A program made the position numbers and the translations under genes. The notes under the pieces were generated by a model. The model did not search any database, had not been told where the DNA came from, and was given only the letters and a program-made list of their open reading frames with translations. Of a stretch of 64,000 nucleotides of DNA, positions 43,785 through 54,305 are shown piece by piece (position 1 is the first letter of the stretch; each line of letters opens with the position of its first letter). This DNA is from Pseudomonadota bacterium (GTDB taxonomy: Bacteria; Pseudomonadota; Alphaproteobacteria; Rhodobacterales; Rhodobacteraceae), in assembly GCA_039198225.1 (NCBI GenBank), contig JBCCTQ010000005.1, positions 59,829-123,828 on the forward strand. The letters run 5' to 3'.

Positions 43785-46700
43785 TGTAAGCGCCTAATCG
43801 TGCGTTCTATTGTCAGTTTGTACCGCCCATTTTGTCTCCAATTTTTGCGGACGAAGTCTTCCACTGCATCAAGCCGGCGATTGACCAACCGTCGGTTTTC
43901 GCCGCGCTCGAAATACGTTACCTTGAGGTGAGACGGGCGATCTTCCATGGATCGGAGAAGGCGAGCCATACCGGCTTCGAGCCGGTTCGACATTGCATTT
44001 CCGATAAAGGCCGTCTCCGTCAGATCGACGTCAAACACCCTAGAAAACGAGACGCCGAAATTCATCCGGGTGACTTTGCCGGAGGTGATCCTTAGCACCC
44101 GAGGATTTTCCGTTGTCAGTCGATAGCCCGTGGGTAGGCTCCGCGTGTCGAGTTTGAGGATGAAGTTTGCGCCTTCGCTGTCGGGCAAGGCAGCACAGGG
44201 GATGTGGTAGCGGCCGTATTGATCGGTGGTAATCCAAGTTCCGTTCGCGGTCACAAGGCGCGCGCCGGGAATGCCGGGCTCACCTTCAATCCGGTCGGGT
44301 CCGACGCGTGGAAACTTGTCGAACCGCTGGTCCGTAATGCTGGGGTCGCGGACGTTGTCTTGGCGGCCGTTGGCGTTCCGGTCATCGAAAACCTTACCGA
44401 TCACGTCGGTGCAATCGAAGACGGCTTCGGGTTGGCGGGTGATGGTGGCCGTGGCGCGATTGCTGACGATGCTGGAGGCACTGTCCGTCACATAAGCTGT
44501 ATTGGTCAGATCCCCCGTCGGAGCATTCGCGCCGACCCGGGCCGACAGGGTGATGTCGATCGTGGTTCCGAGAGTGACCGTAACACCACTGAAAGCAAGT
44601 GTTTGGCCGTTGATCGTAGGTTCAGCCGTAGTTCCATCGACCACGCCGGTCCCAGGCACGTAGGTGAGCCCGATGGGCAGTTCGTCGACCACATTGAGCG
44701 TGCCCGCCCCGAAAGAGGTCAGGTTTTCCACCGTGATCGTGTAGGGCACAGTTTCGCCGATGATGACTGCACCGTCGGCCAGGTCGTGGCGCTTCGTGAT
44801 GAGGATGTCGGTCGTCGGAGGAGCAGCGGCCAAGGAGGGATCGAGCGGGATGTGGTTGTTGATCACATCCGGATCACCCGCTTCGATAAGGAACCCATAA
44901 TAGTAAGGCGTCGGTGCGGACGGCAGAGGAGCCGAAGTCGAAGCTGACAATTGGCACGACCCGCCCGGGACGGCGTCGAACGGGCACCCTGTCACCTGCA
45001 CCGGCCCAGTTTCCGGTGGGATGTTGGTCGACGGTGTGCCGAAATAGGTCGACGGAGTGGAAACGACCAAGATTTGGTATTCCGTTTCGCTGACCGGACA
45101 GGCCGCATCAGCGCCAGTGATAATGTCGAACCGATAGGTGCCGTCCGCGCCAGTTATTTGGCTTTGCTGGCCCGGCAGCACGCAGGCCGCGGGCAAGGTT
45201 GTGCCCCCCGCATCGGTGAGTTCAACGCGCACCCCTGCGATTGGCGAACCGGCAACGGAATCGTAGAAAACCCCCTGCGGATCGATAGGTTGGTTCACAT
45301 CTGTTTGGGTCGGCGTCGCGAGACTGACCGTCACCGCGTCGGTGAGCCCGACGCCGAGACCTCCCGGCGAGACAAAGCCTACCCGGTAGTCACCTGCCGC
45401 CATTCCGCTGAAAGAATAGGCGCCGTCGGCTGCCGCAATGGTGGTCGCCACCACGTTGCCGTCCGCATCGTATAGGTTGGCGTTGTAGCCTGCGCCGGCT
45501 GTCGTATCGTCGCCGCCATCGAGAGTGCCGTCTCCGTTGATGTCGAGAAATACCGTCCCGCTGATTGTGAACGCGGCGGGCAAGTCAAGGAGGGTGGGCT
45601 CGTCACTGTCATTGCCGGCCACCCCGTCACTGTCCGTGGTACCTGGATCGGCAATCGACGGCACGGACCCGTCGCTTGCGTCAAGATCGGGTGTGCTGCC
45701 CGCATCGCTCGTATCGGTGACTGGAGCGGCGCCCGCGATGGGGCTCGACGGATCCGGATCGCCACCGGCCGTTGTTGCCACGGCCGTGGAGGTGACGCTC
45801 GCCGTATTGGTGACGGTGCCTGCCGATATGTCCGTATCGGACAAGACATAGGTCGCTGTCGCGGCCACCACTGGACCCTCTCCCGCCGCCAGGTCACCAT
45901 CAAAACCCGCCGCCGGCTGGGTGAGTGTGGCGGTGCCGGTGAGCGCTGAAAGGGACGGGTCGCTCACGCTAATCCCGGCCAATGCGAGATTGCCGGTATT
46001 CTCTACGGTGAAGGTGAAATTGACTGTATCACCCACATCCCCAAAAACGCCGCTGCTATTGGTATCGGAGACCGAGGAGACAGATTTGACCAATTCGATC
46101 GACCCGCTCCCGGCCAAGGAAACCACGGTCGGATTGTTGCCGTTGCTGTCGGCCGTGCCGTCTGTCCCGTCGCCGGTAAGGTCATTGTCCGACGTGTCGA
46201 CGGGATCTGTGAGGCCCGGAAGATCATTGCCCGAAGCGTCAACCGGATTGCCGGTGACCGAGGCGGTGTTGTGGACACCGCCCGCATCAATTGCGGTCTG
46301 ATTGACGGTAAAATCAGCGATATAGACAAAGCTGTCTCCCGGATCGAGGCGGCCATTTCCGTTCGCGTCGTTCGAAGCGGCGGCATCAAAGGCCGGAGCC
46401 GCATCGAGGGCAGCGGCCGCGCCCGATCCATCGGTGCCGTAGGTGATTGTGTCGACCAATGGCTCGGGTCCAAGATCGAGCGCCACATTGCCTGGATTGG
46501 TGACCGTGTAGGAATAGATGATCGTCTCGCCATCCAGCGGCGCGGCGGACAAACCGGACGTGTCGGCCGATTTTAGAACTGCAATGCCCGGCGTCTCAGC
46601 ATAGCTCACCGAAACGGTCGCTGAATTGGAAGTCAGGTTGTCATTGTCGTCGATCGTATAGGTGATCGGTGTCGGGTCACCTGTGTAGGCTGGATCCGGC

Positions 46701-49700
46701 GTGAAGGTGATCGCGCCGGTCGTCTCGTCCACCGCCCACGCACCTTCGCCCGGCACCGTAAATCCGATGACATCGCCGCTGGCATCGGTCACCTCTCCGG
46801 TGGCACCAGAGGGCGTAGCCAAGCTGACGGTCGTTGGATCCACATTCCCGTCGGGATCAAAATCGTTGGCAACCGCGTCGAGGGTGACCGCATCCCCAAG
46901 CGCGTTTCCGGTTGAACTGTCATCCTGGGCGACTGGGGTGAGGGTGCCAGCAAAGGGCGGCGGCGCGTTTCGGCACGACATGGCGTCGTGGTTCGATGAC
47001 CGGGCCGCGGAGAATGTCGAGGTGATGATAGGGTTGTCGCCGGCCGGATTGGCGATCGCGTAGACCGTGCCGTCGGTGTTGCTGGCGACGTAAAGATTGC
47101 CAAAAAGATCCGACCAGCTCGCTCCAAAATCCTGATTAGGCAGCCCAGCTACGGCCACGTTATCGGCTTCGAGCGTGGTCAGGTTCCAACGTCGTAGCGT
47201 GCCGCGTCCGGCCCCAATCATAAGGCTTTGGCCGCCGACCTGAAGAAAACTCATGTCATAAACGACACCCAGCGCATTACCCGTAAAGTTCACCGTGCCT
47301 TGGGCGCCGGTCAGGACGTTGATCGTTCGCAATTGGGTCGCCGTTGGGCTAAAATAGAGCGTATTGGCCCCATCCATATCGCCTTGGGCCGGGTTGCCGG
47401 GGACGATGAACCCCAGGGGTTCCACCTCGCCATTCGCCCCAACACGCAGCAATTCACGATTGTAGGGCGCTTCGCGACCGATACCGTAAATGTAGTTGTC
47501 GAGAACGTTGTAGCCCGTGGCGTTGTAATCTGGATTGGCGCTTCCGATCGGCGTGTAATTGCCCGTCGAGGTATCGAGCTGAGACAATTGTCCCGAGATC
47601 ACTTCATAAAATGCGCCGCTGCACGAGAAGGTCGGTAAGTCGTAATCGATGGTCACCGTGGCCTGGTTCGAGGTCAGGCCGACATTGTCGTCGACGACGT
47701 AGTCGACCGGTGTCGGATCGGTTGTAAAATCCGCCTCTGGTGTAAACGTGATCTCGCCCGTGGTCGGATCCACCGACCAATCGCCTTCATCGGGAATTGT
47801 AAAGCCCGTGACGTCCCCTGCTGCATCGGAAAGGACGCCCGTGGCACCAAGGGGCGTGATCAGGCTTACGGTGGCTGGATCGATCGTGCCGTCCGTGTCG
47901 GTATCGTTGGTCAGAACGTCCAGGGTGACGGCATCGCCCGGGGTATTGCCGCTCGATGTATCATCCGCGGCCACGGGCTCCGAGATCTGATAAGTGACGG
48001 TGACAGTGCCGAGGTTGGACGGATTCCCGTCGGTGTCATTGACCCTATAGGTGATCGGGGTCGGGTTGCCGATGAAACCGTCCTGCGGCGTGAAAGTGAG
48101 CTCACCGGTCCCGGATGCATAGGACCAAACACCTTCGTCCGGCACCGTAAAACCGGTCACATCACCGTCGGTGTCGGTAAACACGCTCTGAGCGTCGGCA
48201 GGGGCGGTGAGACTTACGGAATTGGCGTCGAGCGCGCCGTCCGGATCGGTGTCATTGCCCAAGATCGACAATGCAACGGCGCTGCCGAACGTATTGTCGA
48301 GATCGGAATCGTCATTCGCGACCGGCGAAATGATCACCGTAAGGTTCGCTGTTGCCTCCGAATTGTTGGTTGCGCCTTGAACCGTGCTAAGCGCTCCTGA
48401 AGGAACGAGATTGGTATAGTCTCCGGTCGCAGAGCTCGTGACATCGACGGCGATTGTGCAAGTGCTATCGGCCGGCACAGTGCCGCCATTCATCACGATA
48501 TCGGTCGCCCCCGCGGCTGCCACCACCGAGATACCGCACTCCGCTGAGATATTTGGTGTAGAGGCAATGACCACGCCTGTGGGAAGTGCGTCCGTGAGGC
48601 CGGGGCTATTGAAGTCAAACGCCGCCGCATTTGCATTCGCGATGGAAATCTCCACCGTAGACACCCCGTTTACTTCAATAGTTGCGGGTGTGAATGCTTT
48701 GGTGATTACGACCGAAGGGCTGACTTGTAAGGACGCCGACGCGGGGCTCGGATTGGAAACGCCTTCGGCGGTGACAAGTGCGTTGGCCGCGATCGTATTT
48801 GTGAGGTTTCCTCGGGTCGATGAGATGACGTCGACGAGCAATTCGCAGGTCCCGCCCGCGCTGACCGAAGCGCCGGAGATCGCGACATTGTTTGCTAGAG
48901 GCGTGGCCGTGATCGAGCCTGGCGTACAAGTCGCACCGCCAATGGCATTGAAAGAAACGTTGGGAACCTGGGCAATTGTCATGCCAGTGGGGAATGTGTC
49001 GGTTAGGGCAATGCGAGACAGCGCAGAACTGCTCGGGTTGGAAAAAGTGATGGACAATTGCGAGGGATCGCCTGCGCCAACAACGGTCGGATTGAATGCC
49101 TTCGAGACCGCTGCATCCACCTGTGTCCAGCTCAATGTGGCGCTGTCGGAGGCTGCGGAGAAGACATTTTCGGTCAGATCGCCGGGGAGGCTGTCCAGTC
49201 TTCGAGCTTGGACGACTGGGATCGTGTTGGTCGCGTTAGAGGTGCCCGTGCCCGCCATAACGTTGACGGAGACCGAGCAGACATTGCCGACAAATGAAAA
49301 GGGATTGCTTGGGCTGCCCAATTCACCACCAGAGAAGGTAAAACTGTCGGACCCCGGAGTGGCACCGGTGAAAATACCGCCGCAGGTGCTGACCGGATTT
49401 GGATCGGCGGCAATGACCAGGGGCGAGGGCAAATCATCGGTGAAATTGATCTCAGAGACGGTGAAAGACCGGTCGCCCAACGCCGTTATATCAACCGTTA
49501 GTCGCGATACTCCGCCGGCGCCAACGGTGGTCGGCGAAAATGATTTCCTAGGCTGAAGGAGGGCGTCCGCTCGAATGTTTCTGGACACGAGGTCAAAGGG
49601 ATAGACCGTTCCGTCGACACTGATGTCCGATGCGAGCACCGTGTTTCTTTGCCGCGCATTCGTATCGCCCGTTGCCATGACGTCGAAGTCGAGCCGGCAT

Positions 49701-51364
49701 GTTGCACCCGCTGGAACCGTCCCTCCGACCAGTGTGACAATATCCGTTGCCTCGTTGCCGGTGAGGCTTGTGGTCGTGCAACCTGTTCCGTTGAACGCGA
49801 CTGAGCTTCCAATCAGCTCAAAACGCCCTGCCATTGCGGTGGCAATGTCATCCACGAGATTGATATTGCCGATCGAGGACGCGGTGCCGTTTCGCATTTC
49901 AATGCGAAAATTGAAGATACCGCCAACGCGCCCTTCGACATTGCCGGGAATATTCGCCTGGTAGGAGGATTGGTATTCCGCTTTGGCCAGCTTTTCCAAT
50001 GCAAGACCCCCGGTATTGCCAACCCTCAACGTGTCGTCTGTCGCGCGAAAATTCGATGTCCGACCGTCATCATATTCAATGGCCGGGAAGCCGGTTCCGC
50101 CCACTTCGTTCAAGAACGAGCCCGTCGTTGTGCCCGCCACATCGAAGGACAAACGGCATCGAGCTTGGGGCGCAAGAGTGAGATTGGTGACCGCCGCCTG
50201 AGTAAGGTCGGAATTGTCTTGGATAGGACTTCCGCACTGACCATTCGTTGTGAGCGTATCTGAAACCGCCACCATCCCAGTCGGTAGAAAGTCGGCCCAC
50301 TCAATCCCGGTTGCCGAGAGATTGTTGAGGTTCCGGATCGTGATCGTCAGCCTGGAAGTATTTGTAAGGCCTATGGTTTGCGGCGAAAATTGCTTTTCAT
50401 ACAAGCCGCCGGTCCACACATCCACGTTGAAGGACCGAAATTCGTCTTCATTGGTCGCGCCTTCGTTGGACGTGACCGAGCCCGCACCGATGACATTCGG
50501 TCGATTGAGCGTGAATGTGTAGGTCGAAAGGTTTGACTCCGGTTCGACGAATATTCGAACGACGCAAGATCCATTTGCCGGGACCGTGCCACCGGAAAAC
50601 GTTACGGTCTCGTCATTGCCCGTCAGTGTCGACGTCACCGTGCCCGATCCGCAAGTGGTTGAGAGAGGGGCAATCGGCGCAAGGGGTCCGGTCGGAGCGG
50701 CCGATGCTAGGACGCGGAAGCGCCGGTCGAGTTCATCAACGAGCCCGACGCCCGTAAGGTCGTAATTGTTTGGGTTGTTCAGTGTGATCTCGAAATACTT
50801 GTCGGTATCGCCGCCCGCGACGTTCGGGTTACCGCCGCCGGGAGCGACAATCACCTTGTCGCCCGTCATGTTGATAACGGTCGAAGTGAGGGTCGCACTC
50901 GCGGCCGTGGCGCTGGCTGGAGCATTATCGGCCGTTACCGATCCAACCGGCAAGGTGCTGACAAAGTTCAGAGTTCCGGCCGATAGGGGCAGATTGGTCG
51001 TGGTGAGAACTTCAACCGTACAGGAACCCTGCGTTGAGACCGTAGACGCGGGGATCGTTGCGCCGGACAATGAAAACTGTGTGGCCGACAGGGTCACCGT
51101 GCCGCCGCAAGTGTTCGAGACCGGTGATACCCCCACATAGGTGAGGCCCGTCGGTGCCGTTTCAGAGAAGGCGACGCTGGTGACCGCGAATGCGTTGTCA
51201 TTGGTGATGGTCACGGACAGTGTCGATTGTTTTCCCGGGCCAATGGCCGTCGGGTCAAATGACTTTGCCGGTTCTATGGAGATCTGAGCAAACGCGAAAG
51301 TCGCACTCGAAGCGAGCGCGGCCAAGCCTAGACCCAAGGCACGCGTAAGCCGTTCCAAAGACAC
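43781..51364 (-). CDS. Giant secreted repeat surface protein, putative adhesin (2527 aa)
   Basis: GTG 51364 with an AAGGAA RBS and the Sec signal MSLERLTRALGLGLAALASSATFAFAQ. It contains about 9 DUF11/TIGR01451-like Ig repeats and three CshA-type/cadherin-like repeats (AxDDS...GNDTDPDG...FTP). A Cys-bracketed propeller-like insert, SdrD-B-like domains (VFLDINGDGTLDGGD) and a basic C-terminal domain follow. Confidence 0.9.
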   Translation of the reverse strand: MSLERLTRALGLGLAALASSATFAFAQISIEPAKSFDPTAIGPGKQSTLSVTITNDNAFAVTSVAFSETAPTGLTYVGVSPVSNTCGGTVTLSATQFSLSGATIPASTVSTQGSCTVEVLTTTNLPLSAGTLNFVSTLPVGSVTADNAPASATAASATLTSTVINMTGDKVIVAPGGGNPNVAGGDTDKYFEITLNNPNNYDLTGVGLVDELDRRFRVLASAAPTGPLAPIAPLSTTCGSGTVTSTLTGNDETVTFSGGTVPANGSCVVRIFVEPESNLSTYTFTLNRPNVIGAGSVTSNEGATNEDEFRSFNVDVWTGGLYEKQFSPQTIGLTNTSRLTITIRNLNNLSATGIEWADFLPTGMVAVSDTLTTNGQCGSPIQDNSDLTQAAVTNLTLAPQARCRLSFDVAGTTTGSFLNEVGGTGFPAIEYDDGRTSNFRATDDTLRVGNTGGLALEKLAKAEYQSSYQANIPGNVEGRVGGIFNFRIEMRNGTASSIGNINLVDDIATAMAGRFELIGSSVAFNGTGCTTTSLTGNEATDIVTLVGGTVPAGATCRLDFDVMATGDTNARQRNTVLASDISVDGTVYPFDLVSRNIRADALLQPRKSFSPTTVGAGGVSRLTVDITALGDRSFTVSEINFTDDLPSPLVIAADPNPVSTCGGIFTGATPGSDSFTFSGGELGSPSNPFSFVGNVCSVSVNVMAGTGTSNATNTIPVVQARRLDSLPGDLTENVFSAASDSATLSWTQVDAAVSKAFNPTVVGAGDPSQLSITFSNPSSSALSRIALTDTFPTGMTIAQVPNVSFNAIGGATCTPGSITATPLANNVAISGASVSAGGTCELLVDVISSTRGNLTNTIAANALVTAEGVSNPSPASASLQVSPSVVITKAFTPATIEVNGVSTVEISIANANAAAFDFNSPGLTDALPTGVVIASTPNISAECGISVVAAAGATDIVMNGGTVPADSTCTIAVDVTSSATGDYTNLVPSGALSTVQGATNNSEATANLTVIISPVANDDSDLDNTFGSAVALSILGNDTDPDGALDANSVSLTAPADAQSVFTDTDGDVTGFTVPDEGVWSYASGTGELTFTPQDGFIGNPTPITYRVNDTDGNPSNLGTVTVTYQISEPVAADDTSSGNTPGDAVTLDVLTNDTDTDGTIDPATVSLITPLGATGVLSDAAGDVTGFTIPDEGDWSVDPTTGEITFTPEADFTTDPTPVDYVVDDNVGLTSNQATVTIDYDLPTFSCSGAFYEVISGQLSQLDTSTGNYTPIGSANPDYNATGYNVLDNYIYGIGREAPYNRELLRVGANGEVEPLGFIVPGNPAQGDMDGANTLYFSPTATQLRTINVLTGAQGTVNFTGNALGVVYDMSFLQVGGQSLMIGAGRGTLRRWNLTTLEADNVAVAGLPNQDFGASWSDLFGNLYVASNTDGTVYAIANPAGDNPIITSTFSAARSSNHDAMSCRNAPPPFAGTLTPVAQDDSSTGNALGDAVTLDAVANDFDPDGNVDPTTVSLATPSGATGEVTDASGDVIGFTVPGEGAWAVDETTGAITFTPDPAYTGDPTPITYTIDDNDNLTSNSATVSVSYAETPGIAVLKSADTSGLSAAPLDGETIIYSYTVTNPGNVALDLGPEPLVDTITYGTDGSGAAAALDAAPAFDAAASNDANGNGRLDPGDSFVYIADFTVNQTAIDAGGVHNTASVTGNPVDASGNDLPGLTDPVDTSDNDLTGDGTDGTADSNGNNPTVVSLAGSGSIELVKSVSSVSDTNSSGVFGDVGDTVNFTFTVENTGNLALAGISVSDPSLSALTGTATLTQPAAGFDGDLAAGEGPVVAATATYVLSDTDISAGTVTNTASVTSTAVATTAGGDPDPSSPIAGAAPVTDTSDAGSTPDLDASDGSVPSIADPGTTDSDGVAGNDSDEPTLLDLPAAFTISGTVFLDINGDGTLDGGDDTTAGAGYNANLYDADGNVVATTIAAADGAYSFSGMAAGDYRVGFVSPGGLGVGLTDAVTVSLATPTQTDVNQPIDPQGVFYDSVAGSPIAGVRVELTDAGGTTLPAACVLPGQQSQITGADGTYRFDIITGADAACPVSETEYQILVVSTPSTYFGTPSTNIPPETGPVQVTGCPFDAVPGGSCQLSASTSAPLPSAPTPYYYGFLIEAGDPDVINNHIPLDPSLAAAPPTTDILITKRHDLADGAVIIGETVPYTITVENLTSFGAGTLNVVDELPIGLTYVPGTGVVDGTTAEPTINGQTLAFSGVTVTLGTTIDITLSARVGANAPTGDLTNTAYVTDSASSIVSNRATATITRQPEAVFDCTDVIGKVFDDRNANGRQDNVRDPSITDQRFDKFPRVGPDRIEGEPGIPGARLVTANGTWITTDQYGRYHIPCAALPDSEGANFILKLDTRSLPTGYRLTTENPRVLRITSGKVTRMNFGVSFSRVFDVDLTETAFIGNAMSNRLEAGMARLLRSMEDRPSHLKVTYFERGENRRLVNRRLDAVEDFVRKNWRQNGRYKLTIERTIRRLQ

Positions 51365-51665
51365 TTCCGTATTCCTTGTTTCCTAATGCGAAACAGTTCT
51401 TGGGTAAGCGGAGAATTGGGCCGGATTTAAGGCAAAATTTCGCTAACTTTCGTTATTCGGTGGGTAAGAAGGACCGATCTCACCCTTTTCGATCCAGTCG
51501 ACCTGAGCGGAGAATGACCCGAAACGGATCGGTGGCGCTTGCCTGCTCATTCTCTCAAAATTTTGGAATTTCCCTGTACTTGGCACCGTTCGGTGAATGC
51601 AGCGGCCGAGCTGCGGCAGTTTGAATATGGCCCAAACCCTGTGACGCAGCAGCTCCCTTCGCTTT

Positions 51666-51682
51666 AATTCCCATAGGGAATT
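51666..51682. promoter_or_regulatory. Perfect palindrome AATTCCC-ATA-GGGAATT in the 624-bp region upstream of the giant gene
   Basis: Read directly: 7-bp arms with a 3-bp spacer. Candidate regulator site. Confidence 0.2.
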
Positions 51683-51988
51683 GCGGATACGTTCCTTTCC
51701 GACACCGAAGCCGCGCAGCTCGGTGTAATGATGTGATTCCTACGAATGAAATGGCACGCGCCCGGGCAGGGAGATGTGAAGAGATCCCTCTACCTTGCAA
51801 TGCCGACCGATTTAGCAAATTTGATGCGTTCGGTGATCGTTTCGGCAAGGCATTCGTCCATTTCTAACTTGCCGGTGGCGGTGACCCGCGCAAAGGCCGT
51901 TCTCGATCAGGAAAAGATCACCTGTTTCAAATTTGTTTGGGCGTGGCCGATCAAGACTTGCAGTAGTCGCCGCGCCGTAATGCGGCTC

Positions 51989-52999
51989 TCAAGTGGTTGC
52001 GAGCCGCCGAAATTCTTCCAACAAGGATTTCGGAATGGGTACACCGTCGCGCTTCGCAGCCTCTCTCGAAGCGAGGCGACGGGTGCCAGGCAAGCGAGCA
52101 CCCTTTTCAGCCTCAATCTCGCTGAGTAGCTCCTCAATACGCGACCCAAATTGCGCACCTGTGCCCGCGCTCGGATCGAGGCCAAGGATAAACTGACCCA
52201 CGCCTGGCGGTTCGCCCTTGGCGTCGAAGAAGGACGTTGCCTCGTAGCTGTACTTGGCGCCGGTGATCGTTGCCGCCAGGATCTCGACGATCAGAGCCAA
52301 TGCCATACCCTTCGCATCGCCCATGGGAAGCATTGTACCTTCTAAGGCTGCAGCAGGGTCAGTGGTTGGATTGCCATCGTAATCCAAAGCCCAACCTTCA
52401 TCGATCTGCTCACCCCGTTTGGCCGCGGCCATGACCTTGCCACGGGCGATCTTCGACAAGGACAGGTCGATCACGAGGGGTGCAGCGTTTTCTCGCGGCG
52501 CAGCAAAGGCAATTGGGTTGGTGCCGAAAAGGGCCCGCGATCCTCCCCAGGGTGCCATGGCTTTGGGCGTATTGGCGACCATCAAAGCAACCAAACCGAG
52601 TTCGGCCAGTCGTTCCACATGGGCGCCCAGTTGGCCGCAATGATGCGAGCGCGAGATGGCGGCGGCGGCGATCCCTGTCACGCGGATCCGGGACGCAAGT
52701 TCTTCTATAGCCAGATCGATGGCCGGAAAGGCAAAGCCGTGGCGGGCGTCAATGCGAATGAGGGCCTCGCCGGCCAGTTTAGCAACCGGCGCAGCTTGGC
52801 CGTACACTTTGCCACTGGCCGCTTGAGCCGCATAGGCCGCAACCCGGGAAAAGCCATGCCCTCTCTGGCCATCGGCCTCGGCGGCGACCAAGGCACGGGC
52901 AACCGACCGAGCGTTCTCATCTGAGACGCCTTGTGCCTTGAGGACGTCGGCGACCAGGCCCTCGGCCTCTGCGAGTTGAAGTCGCTCTTCCAAACTCAT
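51989..52999 (-). CDS. comC: Ldh_2 family (malate/L-lactate/sulfolactate) dehydrogenase, ComC-like (R)-sulfolactate dehydrogenase by context
   Basis: 336 aa with Ldh_2-family sequence (GHGFSR, HCGQLG, FGTNPIAFAAP). It lies next to suyAB-like genes. Confidence 0.75.
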   Translation of the reverse strand: MSLEERLQLAEAEGLVADVLKAQGVSDENARSVARALVAAEADGQRGHGFSRVAAYAAQAASGKVYGQAAPVAKLAGEALIRIDARHGFAFPAIDLAIEELASRIRVTGIAAAAISRSHHCGQLGAHVERLAELGLVALMVANTPKAMAPWGGSRALFGTNPIAFAAPRENAAPLVIDLSLSKIARGKVMAAAKRGEQIDEGWALDYDGNPTTDPAAALEGTMLPMGDAKGMALALIVEILAATITGAKYSYEATSFFDAKGEPPGVGQFILGLDPSAGTGAQFGSRIEELLSEIEAEKGARLPGTRRLASREAAKRDGVPIPKSLLEEFRRLATT

Positions 53000-53115
53000 C
53001 CCCAGGCAAGCGCGATGGCAGTACTCTTGTGGCTCATCGCCACCCCAAGGTGTCTATCCCGGAGTACTTCCGCGCAAGCTCTTCAACGTGTTCGGAAACG
53101 ACGACCTGCAAGAGA

Positions 53116-54294
53116 TCACGCGCTTCGATAGAGCTTTGTCATTGAGAACTCCCGGTGGCCTAGGGCTTCTGCGGCAGTGTTGCGCCCATTGGCGGTGCGG
53201 CGGATCATATCGATCAGGAGATCCCCGGCCTCGTCTATGGTCTGGTCGCGCCTCAGGATGCCTGAAACGTCCACGTCCACATGTTCACCCATGGTGCGAA
53301 CGGTACGCGGATTTGCGGTGATCTTGATGACGGGCACAATCGGGTTGCCCACAACATTGCCTTGCCCGGTTGGGAACGTGTGGATCACCGCCCCACCAGC
53401 GGCCATCAGTGTCACGCATTCGGCAGCGGCTGAGGAGCTGTCCATAAAGTAGAGACCGTCGCCCGAGCTCGGCTGCTCCGCCGGTTCGAGAATGTCGATA
53501 TATTTCGACGTTCGCCCAATCTTTTCGAGATTACCCAACGCTTTTTCTTCGATGGTCGTAAGACCACCTAGGATATTGCCTTTGGTCGGCTGGCTGTCGG
53601 AGAGATCGTCGGTCTGATGGGCAAAGATCACGTCGTCCTGATAGGCCTTCCACATTTTGTACCAGCGCTCGCCCACCTCTTCGTTGACCGCGCGCTTTTG
53701 GCAGATGTGCTCTGCGCCGGTGATCTCAGAGGTTTCTCCGAAAAAGCCGGTAATTCCCTCGGGCAGCAGCTTGTCATACATATTGCCTACGGTCGGGCAG
53801 GACCCGAGGCCGGTCGTTGTGTCACTCTCCCCACATTTCGTCGAAACCCAAAGATCGGAGACCGAACATTCCTCGCGCTGGATTTCGGTGGCCTTGTGGA
53901 CGAAGTCTTTGGCCGCCCAGGAGGCTGCGCGGATCGTTTCAAAGTCGCCGTTTTGCTCGATTGAGAATTCGGCAACTTCCTTGCCCGTTTCTCGGATGCC
54001 GTCGGCAATGCGCTTGGTCCATTCTGGCTCGATCCCGATCACGACAACGGAATGGACATTGGGGTTGGCGCCTGTGCCGATCATCGTGCGGAAATGCAAT
54101 TCCAGATCTTCACCGAATTGAAGGCGTCCATAGGCGTGGGGAATGGCCAGCGTGCCCTTCACGTTATTCGCAACCGCTTCGACTGCGGCATTTGAAATGT
54201 CGTCCACGGGCAGAATAAGAACGTGGTTGCGCACCCCGACCCGGCCGTTTTCGCGCCGGTAGCCCTTGAACGTCATGTTTGCGTATTTGCTCAT
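53116..54294 (-). CDS. suyB: UxaA-family dehydratase large subunit, SuyB-like (sulfolactate sulfo-lyase) by context
   Basis: ATG 54294 ([29 protein letters not shown]) with a GAGGAG RBS. It has a UxaA/GarD C-terminal domain pattern and is paired with a separate SAF-domain small subunit. Confidence 0.8.
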   Translation of the reverse strand: MSKYANMTFKGYRRENGRVGVRNHVLILPVDDISNAAVEAVANNVKGTLAIPHAYGRLQFGEDLELHFRTMIGTGANPNVHSVVVIGIEPEWTKRIADGIRETGKEVAEFSIEQNGDFETIRAASWAAKDFVHKATEIQREECSVSDLWVSTKCGESDTTTGLGSCPTVGNMYDKLLPEGITGFFGETSEITGAEHICQKRAVNEEVGERWYKMWKAYQDDVIFAHQTDDLSDSQPTKGNILGGLTTIEEKALGNLEKIGRTSKYIDILEPAEQPSSGDGLYFMDSSSAAAECVTLMAAGGAVIHTFPTGQGNVVGNPIVPVIKITANPRTVRTMGEHVDVDVSGILRRDQTIDEAGDLLIDMIRRTANGRNTAAEALGHREFSMTKLYRSA

Positions 54295-54305
54295 TTCCGC
54301 TCTCC

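Noticed and set aside
44204-49556. Plus-strand ORFs of up to 372 aa inside the giant gene (for example 44204-44947 and 48438-49556).
   Set aside because: They are antisense frames of a 7.6-kb continuous minus-strand ORF with coherent domain repeats, so they are not independent genes.
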